A DNA stretch of 64,000 bases from Setoptus koraiensis (lineage: Eukaryota; Animalia; Arthropoda), in NCBI GenBank assembly GCA_048013815.1, contig CM106586.1, positions 6,882,001 to 6,946,000 of the forward strand. The letters are read 5' to 3'. The translations under genes and the position numbers were made by a program. Shown here in pieces: positions 24,374-40,400 of the stretch. Under the pieces are notes generated by a model, which worked only from the letters and a program-made list of their open reading frames with translations, ran no database searches and had not been told where the DNA came from. Positions within the stretch are counted from its first letter, which is position 1. Each line of letters starts with the position of its first letter.

Positions 24374-27214
24374 TCACAAAATAGCGCTGCGTATAAAATT
24401 TAATACGCTGAATGCCTGGTTGAAGTTAGTGCTCAATCTGTCCCATCTCGATTCTAGCAAATCCGATATTTCGACACACCTCATTTTAACCGACTCGTCC
24501 GTGTATATAACATTAGTGTGGATTTTCAAGAAGAGCGCTAACCAGGATGACGCCAACTCGAAGTCTTGATTTGATTGAAGCAGCTGCTTAATGGCGTCTA
24601 GGAAACATATCATCAGAATTTCTGTACCGCATGAATCTTTACCTATTGACCTTATTTCAGCATCTGTTGCAGATGGTCCCATGCTCTTAAGTTCCGAAAA
24701 GAATCTAGAAAATTCCCCGGAATCAGAACAGTCTAAAAGTAGTTGACCGAAGTCAGAAATGATAGAAAGATCTTTGATTCTAGATTTGTACAGGTCTTCT
24801 TGTCGTTCCAGGTGATCTTTTTCAACTGCGTCCGCCTTAATGTTGAATTTAGGTTGAAGTCCATCTATGACAGGTATGAAAAAAGGGGTCCTTTTATTTC
24901 TTGAATCTTTCATTTGCTCATCAATCTTTTGTTGTGCTTTGATTTCATCTACCGTCAGAAGGTTTTTCCATCGAGACGATGGCAAACCACTCAAACTCAA
25001 CAACTTTTTATCAAGTTGTTCCGGAGATTTATATGATGGTACTACTTCTGGTGAGAGTATTTCCTCTATTATAACGTCATCGTCATCACCATCATCTTGA
25101 ATATCGTCACATTTTACATTAGGCATCGTCATTAATTGAGGTTCATAATTTTCAGGAATCAAACTTAGAGCAACAGGACAGTACACTGTGAAGTTACTCC
25201 ACAGGTTTATACCTAGTTCCCCTTGATGAGCAGTGGCCAGGAACTCTCCGGTAGGGGATATAGTCAGGGAAAGGCATGGACTAGAGACGGCGAAGGCATC
25301 AATGAGTCGACCCAAACTCAAATCCCATGTTCTTATACAATTATCCATAGAGGATACAATTATCCACCGAGAATCACTTGTGAAGCACATGTCAGTTACT
25401 TCACGTTTACATCCCTCGAATGCCCTTACCAGATTTCGTGTCTCTAAATCTATGATCTTGACAGAGAAGTCATCAAAGGCTAGAGCAATTAGATTTGTTT
25501 CACGCTGTAGAACTAACTTTCTGATTGGCGATGGATATTCTATTTCCTTAAGAAATAACCCTGTTTTGAAGTTCCATATTTTGAATAATTTATCAACACC
25601 TACAGAAATCAGTTGGACATCTAATGCATCTACTTCGACACCGCTAACTGCATCTTCATGCGCCTTATCATTGGATAATTTGTCTGTTTTAAAGCTCAGC
25701 CTGAATAGTCCAGACTGTATATTATACTTGAATATATGACCTGTGCTAAATCCTATTAATAAAAAGTTTCCACAGCTTGTGATGCAAACGGACGTAGCCT
25801 CTTTACTATGCCTGTCGAAGGTGGGTTGCTCTATTTTGTGCTGACCCATTTTGCACTTGTCATAGTTCCAGGTTGTAACAGTAGCACAATTTTTATGGAT
25901 GGCTGCGATATTGTCCCATTCCTTCTCTCGAGTTGATTCACAGGCAAAAGAAACAATCGGTGGCAACTTATTAGGTTCACCTTGAAGTAAGGTTTTCTGT
26001 TTAGACTTTGCATTCATTCTGGCAGTTCCTAGATTTCGGTTGAATCTCTCCGACATAACATGAAAGCACTTGAGAGTGGAATCCAGGCCCGAGCTAAGTA
26101 TGTTGAGGCCTTTTGGTCCATAGAATCTGATGTATGTCGGCGGTTCGCTATGGCCACAGCGTTGTGATAGAAGACGACCACTACCATCGGGCAAATCAAG
26201 ACACCAAACTTTTATAGAATTATCCGAACCGGTAGTAACAAGTAGTGGTTCATTTCGGACAAACTTGCAGCATATTACGGGACCTGAGTGCACATTTCTC
26301 ATTTGCGAGGAAAGTTTTTTTGTTATTAAATTCCATAGCATAATATGACCGTTTTCAGAAGCGATCGCAAGATAAGGCTCACCATCTGCTCTGAAAGACA
26401 TGGACGTGATAGATCCATACTTTTGATCAATCTCCAGTATTGGTTTGCCTGTTTCTATATCTAGAATAATTACGCAACCGTTGTTGAGTCCTACAGCAAT
26501 TATACCTGGTCGAGGAGATTGTAGCAAAACATTGATCTTCGCCTTGGCAAAGTTGTGAGTTTCTTTGAGAAGTTTCTGATTCTCTAAGTCCCATAATTGT
26601 AGTTCGCCTTGAGAGCTGCCGAATAGAACCTCGTTTCTTTTTTTCGCGTTAGGATGGCACACAGCAGTTATCTTGAATTTTTCATTGTCAAATGATAGTT
26701 TTTGGTTGATACCTTCAGGGGTGAAAAATGAAAAAAAAACAATACAATAAACGAATGTTAGTATAGTACATCGGTTGATGCGGCCTGTGTCTCGTGCATT
26801 TCCAACTGTGCTCTACTTACTTCTGTCTTCTGTTGACCAGATTAACACTGTGCTAGTTTCGTCGACTGATAGTATGCTTCTTGATGTCAATTTCAAGAGA
26901 GTATGCACGTCATGTTGATGCCCATTGAATTTAAATGCAAGACGTTTGAATGCTGCCCAAGCAAATATTGAACTCCCAGCACAACTGTAAACATATTTTT
27001 GATCAGCCGTCAAAGATCCGATTTCCAATTCATGAGCAAACGACGCATCTACTAATGTCAGTTTAGTTGTATAACTGTGGAATGTCTTGCCGAGAATAGT
27101 AATAAACCTCGTGTCCTCGTTCGTTTTTCCATACTTTATAATGAATGGTTTAGGCCCAGTTACGTGTCCAAGAGAGCGGTATCCTTCAAATAAATTGGAA
27201 GTAGGTCGTTCCAT
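24374..27214 (-). CDS. WDR36: WD repeat protein 36 / Utp21, SSU processome; join(27214..26821,26712..24374), 910 aa
   Basis: N-terminus SNLFEGYRSLGH, multiple WD40 repeats, REKEWDNIAA and Utp21 C-terminal ELKSMGPSATDAEIRSI. The 108-nt intron has donor A|GTAAGT and acceptor GAAG|, and the join is in frame (2733 nt). Confidence 0.93.
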
Positions 27215-27355
27215 ATTGTTGCAGAGTTATGTTAGCGTTAAGGTAGCGACAGAATAAGTTGAGATTTGTTACTGGTCAGTGGACCTGGATTAATTAGGAT
27301 TCACCAACAACAACTATCATATCCATCATATGCACAGTTGAAGTGTGTCGAAACG

Positions 27356-27361
27356 CACGTG
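27356..27361. promoter_or_regulatory. E-box CACGTG upstream of WDR36
   Basis: Canonical Myc/Max E-box about 140 bp before the WDR36 ATG. Ribosome-biogenesis genes are established Myc targets, but function here is inferred. Confidence 0.3.
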
Positions 27362-28629
27362 TAGTCTACCATGATGCAAGCAGCCTGGACTTTGGCGAAC
27401 TGACTGAATGCATTTTGGCGCCATATTTGAACAATTTTTTCCTCTCTAAATTAGCCGAACAGAATCGCTAGACAATTCGAAGAAGCGGGATATTCTCATA
27501 TGCGATTGCGCCTAGATAAAACCATGGCAATAAAGGAGATAAACAAATAGTTATCATACATTGGACAAGATTTTTACGAATTCCAACAATTCAAGGTTAA
27601 ACTGAAGCCTTGAAGACATAACTGGGAATAAGAGAGGGAGAGAGAGAGAATAGATATTCTACAAACAACATAGATCCATTTCTTATATTTAACCTATAGC
27701 TCGGAAATTATCTATCAACAAAACTCATGTTCAACTCAATGCATCTGTGATCTCAAAATTATGATACCAATTCAAGTGATTTTGTTATTATCATCATATT
27801 ATTCCTATACTACCAGAAATATTCGTCACAACCATTTCCGCCCATGAGCTTAGCCATATCGAGTTCATCATCAAATTTCCTCTAGTCGTTGCTTAGACCT
27901 CATAAAATTGAACGATATCACAATCCCTGGTTGCTTCGAAAAACACGATCAAATTACTCCAAGTAGGCGTATCTGAACGACCTTTTTGACACTTTATCTT
28001 CGACATAGAATGTGGCATCGAGACGATCACGCACTGATCACATGAAATACCACCCAGTCTCTATCGCTCTGCGAAGAAACTAATTATACTATTATTTTTG
28101 TTAGATAATACAATAGATAAGATGATGTAACTCTCACTACACTGCTGTAGCAAGTGAGAGTTATCGATTACAGAGGACAGTTATATCATAATATACCAGC
28201 TCAGATGCTATGGTCGACAATTAAACTCCATCTATACTCTACAAGGAGAGCAACATTAAACAAATTAACGCAACAACAAAGCATCGACTCGGAAACAATG
28301 CTCAGGTTAATATCTAGGCTCGTTTGATATCAACTACAACACTACATGCAAACAATTATGCATATACGCTCGAACTAAAATATTCAAATCTTAAACTCAT
28401 CATGCTGAATACCATATGCGGAATCTTTCCCAATTTTATTGTCTGAACCGACCGTTGATAGAAATTACTTAATTAATTCAACACAAATCAAGAAGATTGA
28501 AAAGAAAAAAACAACAGAGATATTTAATTTATGTTAATCGGCACCATTCGAATGTCTACCGTATTTAGACGATAGTATGATATTGTGACACTAGCTTTTT
28601 GGGTCGAACCTTGCACAAGTGAATTAACA

Positions 28630-30738
<2,109 letters not shown>

Positions 30739-31582
30739 ACAACTACAGTTGATTGTATCAGTTGATCTTTCACATTGGTCAATCAAAGAATTCTGGAAAT
30801 AGCTAGCATCTCAGCTAATTGAATTGACGGTCGCAAGGCTAGTCGCTTAAAAAGGATCCAGCATAATGGTGCAACTGTCTACTTGAGAAAATCGTCTTAG
30901 CACTCGGTAATGGCAGTGTATTGGAATTTTGAACGTCCAAAAGTGTGCAACGAGCAAACAAACATTTAACCCGATTGACTTTGAGTTCAAGAATTGTTGA
31001 TCATTCATGCTGTCTTAGATTAATTGATAATAAATTATAAATTCACAATACTCAGAGCCCATCCCAAAGATATTGACTAGTCTACATTCTGTATCGATTA
31101 TAGGTTGTCTCACATCATAACCTTATTATTAGCACATATCGAGACAACAGTGATACACCCGTCTGATAATGAGACTGTGATTAAATATTGAGATAGTGCG
31201 AAGAAATTGATGCCTTTGCCCCGAGCGCACAACACTTGACTCAAGTGACTTGAGCACCAGAACTGCGCACAGGGGATGAGAATTATTTTCACCCACCGTC
31301 CAAATATCGAGAGGTTGAAGAATGTAACTTGTCGCCATCGGCCGCATGCTCATCGTGGGCATGACCATGTGAAAAAACGTTTGTGGCCATTACGCATCTA
31401 ACCGTCCAACGACTTTTGCTGTAAACACATTTTATGATAAATACAATTCCTGAGGCAACAAGTGTAATATGAGGCAAGATTCCAAAGGACGCACAGCGAG
31501 ATGGAAAATATGTATTCAGAAAATTACCACTAATCAAACATTTTTAACACTTTAATCAAATTAGCTATTCCGAGGATCAGAG

Positions 31583-34500
31583 ATGTTCAACAAAACTTTT
31601 TGTGATACTGAGTTATGGGTAAGACTGGAAAAGTTGAGATATTCTATGCAAGATGATTGCGACCTGCACCCATTCCAACCGCAATTAATTGCGAGGAATC
31701 AGTCATGCGAATCAATCACCAACATACCTTTTTTATTCTTACCATTCCTTGCATCGTGACGATTCATAGAACACGAGTACAACGTGGTTCTCGGAAGCAC
31801 CCCAATTAAGTCCATGCCTCCGTGACACCGTTCTCACTTTTATACCAGGTAACTAGATGAACCAGACAAGACTAACATTAACAAACATTCTCATCAATAA
31901 CTTTCTCATCGATTCTCTTTTGTGCACCCAACCCTCAAGCGATTGTTGTCTGGTCTACACTGATTTTGCATATCCTCGACATTGTAAGATCATCCGAGAA
32001 ATACCAAACGATTCCATGGAATAAGATCAATATTTCAAGAATACTACTAGCATCAATATTGTGCCTCTCTAAATTGATAGAAGGCATTGACTACACTTAT
32101 TACGCCCTCTCATCTAATAGTCAAGATAGCATCCTAGTCATATCAGCCTTATTGGCACCAATTATACAGTTTTCATGCTTTTTTCTATTGGCCATCATCT
32201 ACTACTATCACAGGAAATGCGGGTTACATTCGAGCGGATTAGTTTGGATATTTTTGTTCGTTTCGATTCTGTGTGGATTTCCAGATTTTTATGCGACTGT
32301 CTTCGAAGTAAGGGCTGCGACATCTACTCAAGTTGAGAGGAGACTAAAGATTATCCATTACCCATTGTTGTTGATCCTATTTATTTTTGATTGTATCGGA
32401 GATTACCCACCACCATCACAATATAATAGCATTTCCGACAGCCGACCCGAGTGTCCAGAACATAACGCGAGCTTTTTCTCAAGAATAACCTTCTGGTGGT
32501 TCAATTCTTTCCTCATCGATAGCTATCGTAGACCATTGGATGACTCAACCCTATGGCAAACACAGTTCAATCAAAGGTCCGACACACTAGCTCATTTTTT
32601 TCAGAGGAGATGGACTACGAAGATATTCAGCTCGAAGACATACCTCTCGTCAGGCGGGAAGAAAATCAATCATAATAACGTAGCTACCGTTATCTTGAGT
32701 GTTTTTCGATGTGACCTTATCATTGCAGGTATTTTCCATTTAACTCGAGATATTTTAACTTTCACGACGCCTATGATATTGAAACTACTACTGAGATACA
32801 TGAAATCAAAGGAAGATCCACACTGGCATGGAATTTTGATTGTTATTAGCATGCTTCTCGTGCAAACAATTCAATCTTTTCTACATGAAAACTATTTTCT
32901 GCGTATGCACATTATCGGACAACAGGTTCGGTCAATGCTAGTCGGGGCCATATATAGAAAGGCAATGCTTATGGGGACTAGTTCTCGCCAGGATACAAGC
33001 ACCGGCAAAATAGTTAATCTAATGGCGGTCGATTCGCAACGAATCATGGATCTAATGGTGTTGTTGAATTTGCTATGGTCGGGGCCTCTTACGATTATAG
33101 TGGCAGTTGCACTGCTTTACAACGAACTCGGGTGGGCTTCCTTGTGTGGTGTAGCCACGCTGGTTCTGCTTATGCCATGCAACTTTTATTTGGGCAACAT
33201 TATGGAAAAGATTCAGGTTTCATTGACGGAGATAAAAGATGAACGTATAAAACAGATGAATGAAATACTGAGTGGGATCAAAGTATTGAAGTTGTACGCC
33301 TGGGAGAATTCATTTATTGGCAAGATCGTTCAGCTGAGGTCCAAAGAATTGGCATGCATCAAGAGATATCTCATAATGCATTCCGTCCCTGTTTTCGTTT
33401 GGACTTGCAGTCCGTTCCTAGTAGCCGTTGTAACATTTATGGTTTATGTATCTGTAGATTCTAGCCATGTTTTGGATGCCGAAAAAGCGTTTGTTTCTTT
33501 ATCACTACTCAATTTGCTAGTATATCCGCTAACAATGATGCCTCACATGATAACATCTTTTATCATGACATTAGTGTCCATCAAACGTTTGAATGCATTC
33601 TTGAACAGCAATGAATTGATGCATTACGTTACCCGAAACGGAAAAGAGGAGGCGGTAGCCATAGAGAACGCAAGCTTGTCATGGGATTCAGATGAGGGCT
33701 CAGAGCCAATATTGAAAGACATCGATTTGCATGTACCAAGGAGATCGTTTGTTGCTTTAGTTGGTCAAGTGGGATGCGGCAAGAGCTCGTTATTATCCGC
33801 AATCTTGGGCGAAATGCACCGCATCAAAGGAAGATTCAATATTTGTCAATCGCTCACCATCGCCTATGTTCCTCAGCAGGCCTGGATTCAAAACATGACA
33901 GTCAGAGATAATATTCTATTTGGTATGGAATACAATGAGGCAAAATACAAGCGAGTAATGTCAGCTTGTTCTTTGTACGCTGATATGGCCTCGTTGCCTA
34001 ACGGAGATCAATCGGAAATTGGCGAGAAAGGAATTAACTTATCCGGTGGTCAAAAACAGCGTGTCAGTCTGGCTAGAGCTTGTTATTCGGACGCCGATAT
34101 TTATTTACTGGATGATCCATTGAGTGCCGTCGATGCACATGTAGCGAAACATTTGTATGAGAATGTTTTGAGCTCGACGAGTGGTTTGTTGAAGGACAAA
34201 ACGAGAATATTGGCGACAAACAATTTATTCGTGTTGCCTTACACAGATGAGATTGAAGTATTGAAAGAGGGCAGAATAATCGAATCGGGCCATTACAGAA
34301 CTTTGCTTGAAACAAATGGAGGCTACTTCAGTGAGCTGATGCAACAGTATAACATGGCCTCCGACAATGACACTGATGAAAAATCCGAGTCTACAGTTGG
34401 AGCTATTCTGATTACCAGTACAAGTGTCACTACCGACGATATTGAACTGGATAGAACAGATGGCAAGCTTATTGAAATGGAAAAAGCCGGAACAGGTCAA

Positions 34501-36246
34501 GTGAATATTGCCGTTTACATGCGGTATTTAAGAGGACTTTCATTAGTTTGCTTGATACCTATGACAATCTTTCTCACTGCGTCATACAGTTTCAATCTTG
34601 CAACAAACTATTGGTTGTCTCTTTGGTCGTCCGATTCAGATGATCCGACCAAAGCCAATGATTCGAGTCTTAGAAGAGAGCGAATGATTATCTATGGTAT
34701 TCTTGGTGTATCGCAGGGTGTGTGCGTACTAATTGGGTGTCTTGCACTTGCATTTGGCTCCACCAGAGCATCCAAAAGCTTACATAACAAATTATTGCTT
34801 CGAGTTATGCATTCTCCGATGGCATTTTTCGACACAACGCCTGTCGGAAGAATCGTGAACCGCTTCGGAAGAGATATTGATGTTGTAGACTCAGAATTAC
34901 CCGATACCTTTACAAATTGGATCACTAGTCTGCTACAGATCTTTAGTACGCTAATCATATTGTGCCTATCATTTCCCTCATTTCTCATCATAGTCACTAT
35001 TCTTATTATAGCCTATTATCTGATACAAAAAGTATTCATAGTGACCACAAGACAATTGAAGCGACTTGAAAATATAAGCAGATCACCAATGTATTCGCAT
35101 TTCAGTGAGACATTGACAGGCATCAGTGTTATTAGAGCATACAATTGTGATGAGAGATTTATTGATCAAAATGACCTCCTCGTAGATAGAAATCAGTCAT
35201 GTTACTATCCGAATGTCGTAGCGAATCGTTGGCTATCATTGCGTCTAGAATTCTTCGGCAATCTTATAACTGCTGCTGCCGCCATGTTTTCCGTTTATTA
35301 TCGGGATTCTGTAGGCCCCGGTATGGCCGGCTTAACCATTACGTATGCCATGGACGTTACTCACGTGTTGAGTTGGTTTGTGAAAGTAACATCAGATCTA
35401 GAGACTAATATAGTTAGTGTAGAGCGCATAATTGAGTACATCAACAACAAAATGGAGGATCTGTGGTACAAGGAATCGCGTCCCATTGATAATTGGCCTG
35501 ATAAAGGTCAAGTAGAATTTAAAAACTATTCTACTAGTTACAGGAGTGACACGGAACTGGTGCTGCGCCACCTGAATTTATCAATCAAATCTCAAGAGAA
35601 AATCGGAATAGTTGGCAGGACGGGCTCAGGTAAATCGAGTCTTTCGCTGGCACTCTTTCGAATATTAGAATCTTCATCGCCCGACGGAAAGATTCTCATC
35701 GATGGTGTTGATACGTCACAAATAGGATTGCATGATCTTAGATCAAAGCTGACAATCATTCCCCAGGATCCTGTTCTATTCTCTGGCACACTCAGATTCA
35801 ATCTGGATCCTCTAAAACTGTACACAGACGAACAAATATGGCGCTCGCTGGAAATGGCCCATCTTAAATCTCACATCGTGTCGTTACAAGGCGGTTTAGA
35901 GACCAAGGTCAGTGAATATGGCGAGAATTTCAGTGTTGGTCAAAGACAATTGATTTGTTTAGCTAGAGCGATATTGCGCAAATCGCGCGTACTTGTTTTA
36001 GACGAAGCAACGGCTGCTGTTGACCTGGAAACGGATTCATTGGTACTGGAGACAATCCGGAAAGAATTCAATGATTGCACTGTCATAACGATAGCCCACA
36101 GAATACATACAATTCTCGATTCCGACAGGGTACTTGTACTAGATAATGGCAGTGTAATGGAATTCGAGCGTCCAAGCGTGCTGCTAGCAAACAAAGAATC
36201 GCTTTTCTACAAGCTGGTGAAAGCAGCTAACATCAAGTCAGATTGA
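31583..36246 (+). CDS. ABCC1/MRP1-type ABC transporter, copy 2, intact; join(31583..31618,31770..31848,31940..36246), 1473 aa
   Basis: GT-AG introns join in frame. TMD0-L0-TMD1-NBD1 (GQVGCGKSS, LSGGQ, LLDDP)-TMD2-NBD2 (GRTGSGKSS, FSVGQ, VLDEA). The NBD1 D / NBD2 E asymmetry is typical of ABCC. Confidence 0.96.
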
Positions 36247-37414
36247 ACCACCATCAGTCGATCTTTCATATTGGTCTCATTAATCAAAGAATACTGGAGA
36301 TATCTCACATCTTAGAATATTGCTGCAGTCGCAAGGGTATTCACTGGTGAAGATCAAATGGTATATCAAATTAAAAAGGATCCACCATAATGGTGGAACT
36401 TTCTACTTGAGAAAATCGTACGAGTACTAGATAATGGCAATGTATTAGAATTTTTAACATCCAATTGTGCCACTAGCAAACAAAGAATCGCCCTCATACA
36501 AAAGCGTTGAAGCAGCTAACATTTAATCGGATTGACTTTGAGCTCAGGATCTGTTGATAATTCATGCTATTTAATAAATTTTTAATTCACAATATACAGA
36601 GCCGCAGAGATATTGACAAGTCTATTCTATCATTTGGTTGAATCACATGGAGGATTCTATGCTGACGGTCTCTCTGGTATCTACTCTTATACTGAAGCTC
36701 AACTCTTGTGTTTCTGATACAGTGAGATTATGCCACGATCAATACCTCTAGAGAATGCACCGATGAAGCGCTGTTTGTGCTCTACTGCCGACGTGCACAC
36801 GATATTTCGAAGAGATCGGTTTCTCAAACAAGTTTTTCGCTCACGTAATTCTTCATTACTATCGTCCACAATCATTATTACAGTGGAGTTTTTGGAGCCG
36901 ACATAGTGCCTGAAGTTTTTGAATGTATTACACTTTTCAAATCTAGACCAGGCTCGTCTGACCCAAACCACAGAGTCGTACAGCGTGAAACTTTTCTCTA
37001 CTCCAAACCCTTTTTTTTCAATCGCCTATCTTTCGTTCCAATCTGAAAGTTGTGCCTCGGCATCAGAGGGCGTCATCAAGTAAACAGATATCAAGGACAA
37101 GGATATCATGTAATCTTATTGTTATCACGTAACAAAACAATGCGTAACAGTGCTAGATTACTAAACATTTAAATGCCCTCGAATTGGCCGCATGATCATC
37201 GTGAGCATGCTCATAAAAAACATTTGTGGCCACTACACATTTAGCCGTTCAAACGACTTTCGCTATTCAATGAACACAATTCTTGAGAAAACCAGTATGA
37301 TGCAAGTCGTGGAATCAAACGATTCACAGCAAGATGGAAAATATGTTAGTTAGCACTTATTGAACAGTTTAATTAGTCAAACTTTAGTCAAATAAGCTAT
37401 TCCAAGGATCAGAG

Positions 37415-40400
37415 ATGTTCAACAAAACTTTTTGTGATACTGAGTTATGGGTAAGACTGGAAAAGTTGAGATGTTCTATATAAGATGAATTCGGTTCGAT
37501 TCAAGTTCATCTACAAATGATCGCGACCTGCACCCATTCAAGCGAAATTAATTTCAAGGAATCAGTCATGCAGTTTAATCACCAACATACCTTATTTATT
37601 CTTGCCAATCCTTGCATCGTAACGTTTCATAGAACACGAGTACGACTTGGTTCACGGAAAAACCACAATTAAGTCCATGTTTCCGTGACACCGTTCTCAC
37701 TTTCATACCAGGTAACTAGATGAACCAGACAAGACTAACATTAAAAACATTCTCATCGATAACTTTCTCGAAAATTCTCTCTTGTGCACACCTCAAGCGA
37801 TTGTTATCTGGTCAACATTCGGTTTACATATTGTAGAAATCGTGGAATCTTCTAAGATTCACCAAAAAATTTCATGGAACAAGATAAATATTTCAAGAAT
37901 ACTATTAGCATCAATATTGTGCCTCTCCAAACTGATAGAAAGCATCTATTGCATTTATCACGCCATCTCATCTGACAGTCAAAATGGCGACCTAGCCATA
38001 TCAGCCTTATTAGCGCCATTTATACAGTTTTCATGCTTCCTTTTATTGACCATCATCTACTACTATCACAGGAAATGCGGGTTACATTCGAGCGGATTAG
38101 TTTGAATATTTTGTTTGCTCCAATTCTTTGTGGATTTCCAGATTTTTATGCGACTATATTCGGAGTAGAAGCAGCTACATCTACTCAAGTTGAGAGTACA
38201 GAAAAAATTATCCATTACCCCTCGTTGCTGATCCTATTTATTTTAGATTGCATCGGGGATCACGCATCACTGTCACAATATACTAGCATTTCCGACAGCC
38301 GACCCGAGTGTCCAGAACATAACGCGAGCTTTTTCTCAAGAATAACCTTCTGGTGGTTCAACTCTTTTCTCATCGATAGCTATCGCAAACCATTAGATGA
38401 CTCAACCATTTGGCAGACACAGTCCAATCAGAGGTCCGACAAACTCGCTTATATTTTTGGGAGAACATGGGCAAGGAAGAAATTCAGCCCGAAAACATAC
38501 CTCTCGTCGAACGGAAAGCAAAACTATCATAATAACGTAGCAATTGTTATCTTGAGTATTTTTCGATGGGACTTTATCATTGCAGGTATTTTCAATTTAA
38601 TTCAAGATATTTTAGCTTTCGCGACGCCCATGATCTTGAAACTACTACTGAGATACATGAAATCAAAGGAAGATCCACACTGGCATGGAATTTTATTTGC
38701 CATTGGCATGCTTCTCGTGCCAACAATTCAATCTTTTCTATATGAAAACTATTTTCTGCGAATGCAGATTATCGGACAACAGGTTCGGTCAATGCTAGTC
38801 GGGGCCATATATAGAAAGGCGATGCTTATGGGGACTAGTTCTCGCCAGGATACAAGCACCGGCAAAATAGTTAATCTAATGGCGGTAGATTCGCAACGAT
38901 TCATGGAACTAACGATGTATATCAATTTTCTTTGGTCTGGGCCTCTTCAGATTATAGTGGCAGTTGCACTGCTTTATAACGAACTCGGGTGGGCTTCCTT
39001 GTGTGGTGTAGCTACAATGGTTCTGCTTATGCCATGCAATTTTTATTTGGCCAACATCATGGAAAAGATTCAAGTTTCATTGACGGAGATAAAAGATGAA
39101 CGTATAAAACAGATGAATGAAATACTGAGTGGGATCAAAGTATTGAAGTTGTACGCCTGGGAGAATTCATTTATTGGCAACATCGTTCAGCTGAGGTCCG
39201 AAGAATTGGCATTCCTTAAGAGATATCTCATTATGGATTCGATTCCTGTCTTCGTTTGGACTTGCAGTCCGTTTCTAGTAGCCGTTGTAACATTTGTGGT
39301 CTATGTATCTGTAGACTCTGGCCATGTTTTGGATGCCGAAAAAGCGTTTGTTTCTTTATCACTACTCAATTTGCTAGTATATCCGCTAACAATGATGCCT
39401 CACATGATAACATCTTTTATCATGACATTAGTGTCCATCAAACGTTTGAATGCATTCTTGAACAGCAATGAATTGATGCATTACGTTACCCGAAACGGAA
39501 AAGAGGAGGCGGTAGCCATAGAGAACGCAAGCTTGTCATGGGATTCAGATGAGGGCTCAGAGCCAATATTGAAAGACATCGATTTGCATGTACCAAGGAG
39601 ATCGTTTGTTGCTTTAGTTGGTCAAGTGGGATGCGGCAAGAGCTCGTTATTATCCGCAATCTTGGGCGAAATGCACCGCATCAAAGGAAGATTCAATATT
39701 TGTCAATCGCTCACCATCGCCTATGTTCCTCAGCAGGCCTGGATTCAAAACATGACAGTCAGAGATAATATTCTATTTGGTATGGAATACAATGAGGCAA
39801 AATACAAGCGAGTAATGTCAGCTTGTTCTTTGTACGCTGATATGGCCTCGTTGCCTAACGGAGATCAATCGGAAATTGGCGAGAAAGGAATTAACTTATC
39901 CGGTGGTCAAAAACAGCGTGTCAGTCTGGCTAGAGCTTGTTATTCGGACGCCGATATTTATTTACTGGATGATCCATTGAGTGCCGTCGATGCACATGTA
40001 GCGAAACATTTGTATGAGAATGTTTTGAGCTCGACGAGTGGTTTGTTGAAGGACAAAACGAGAATATTGGCGACAAACAATTTATTTGTGTTGCCTTATA
40101 CAGATGAAATTGAAGTATTGAAAGAAGGCAGAATAATCGAATCGGGCCATTACAGAACTTTGCTTGAAACAAATGGAGGCTACTTCAGTGAGCTGATGCA
40201 ACAGTATAACACGGGCTCCGGCAATGAAGCTGATGAAAAATCCTCTCCAGTTATCCAGGTGAAAACTAAAGAGTCTACAGCTGGAGCTATTCCGACTGCC
40301 AGTACAAGTGTCACTACCGACGATGAGCTGGATCGGACAGATGGCAAGCTTATTGAAATGGAAAAAGCCGGAACAGGTCAAGTAAAAATTGCCGTTTACA

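Noticed and set aside
31110-31292. WD40-like look of GKGINFFALSQYLITVSLSDGCITVVSI
   Set aside because: A single partial repeat with no terminal WD, no workable splice phase to neighbours and no similarity to the nearby WDR36.
38081-38141. Possible 61-nt GT-AG intron that would skip the copy-3 lesions
   Set aside because: The donor (GTTACA) is weak, and the donor phase (2) does not match the acceptor phase (1), so the frame is not restored.
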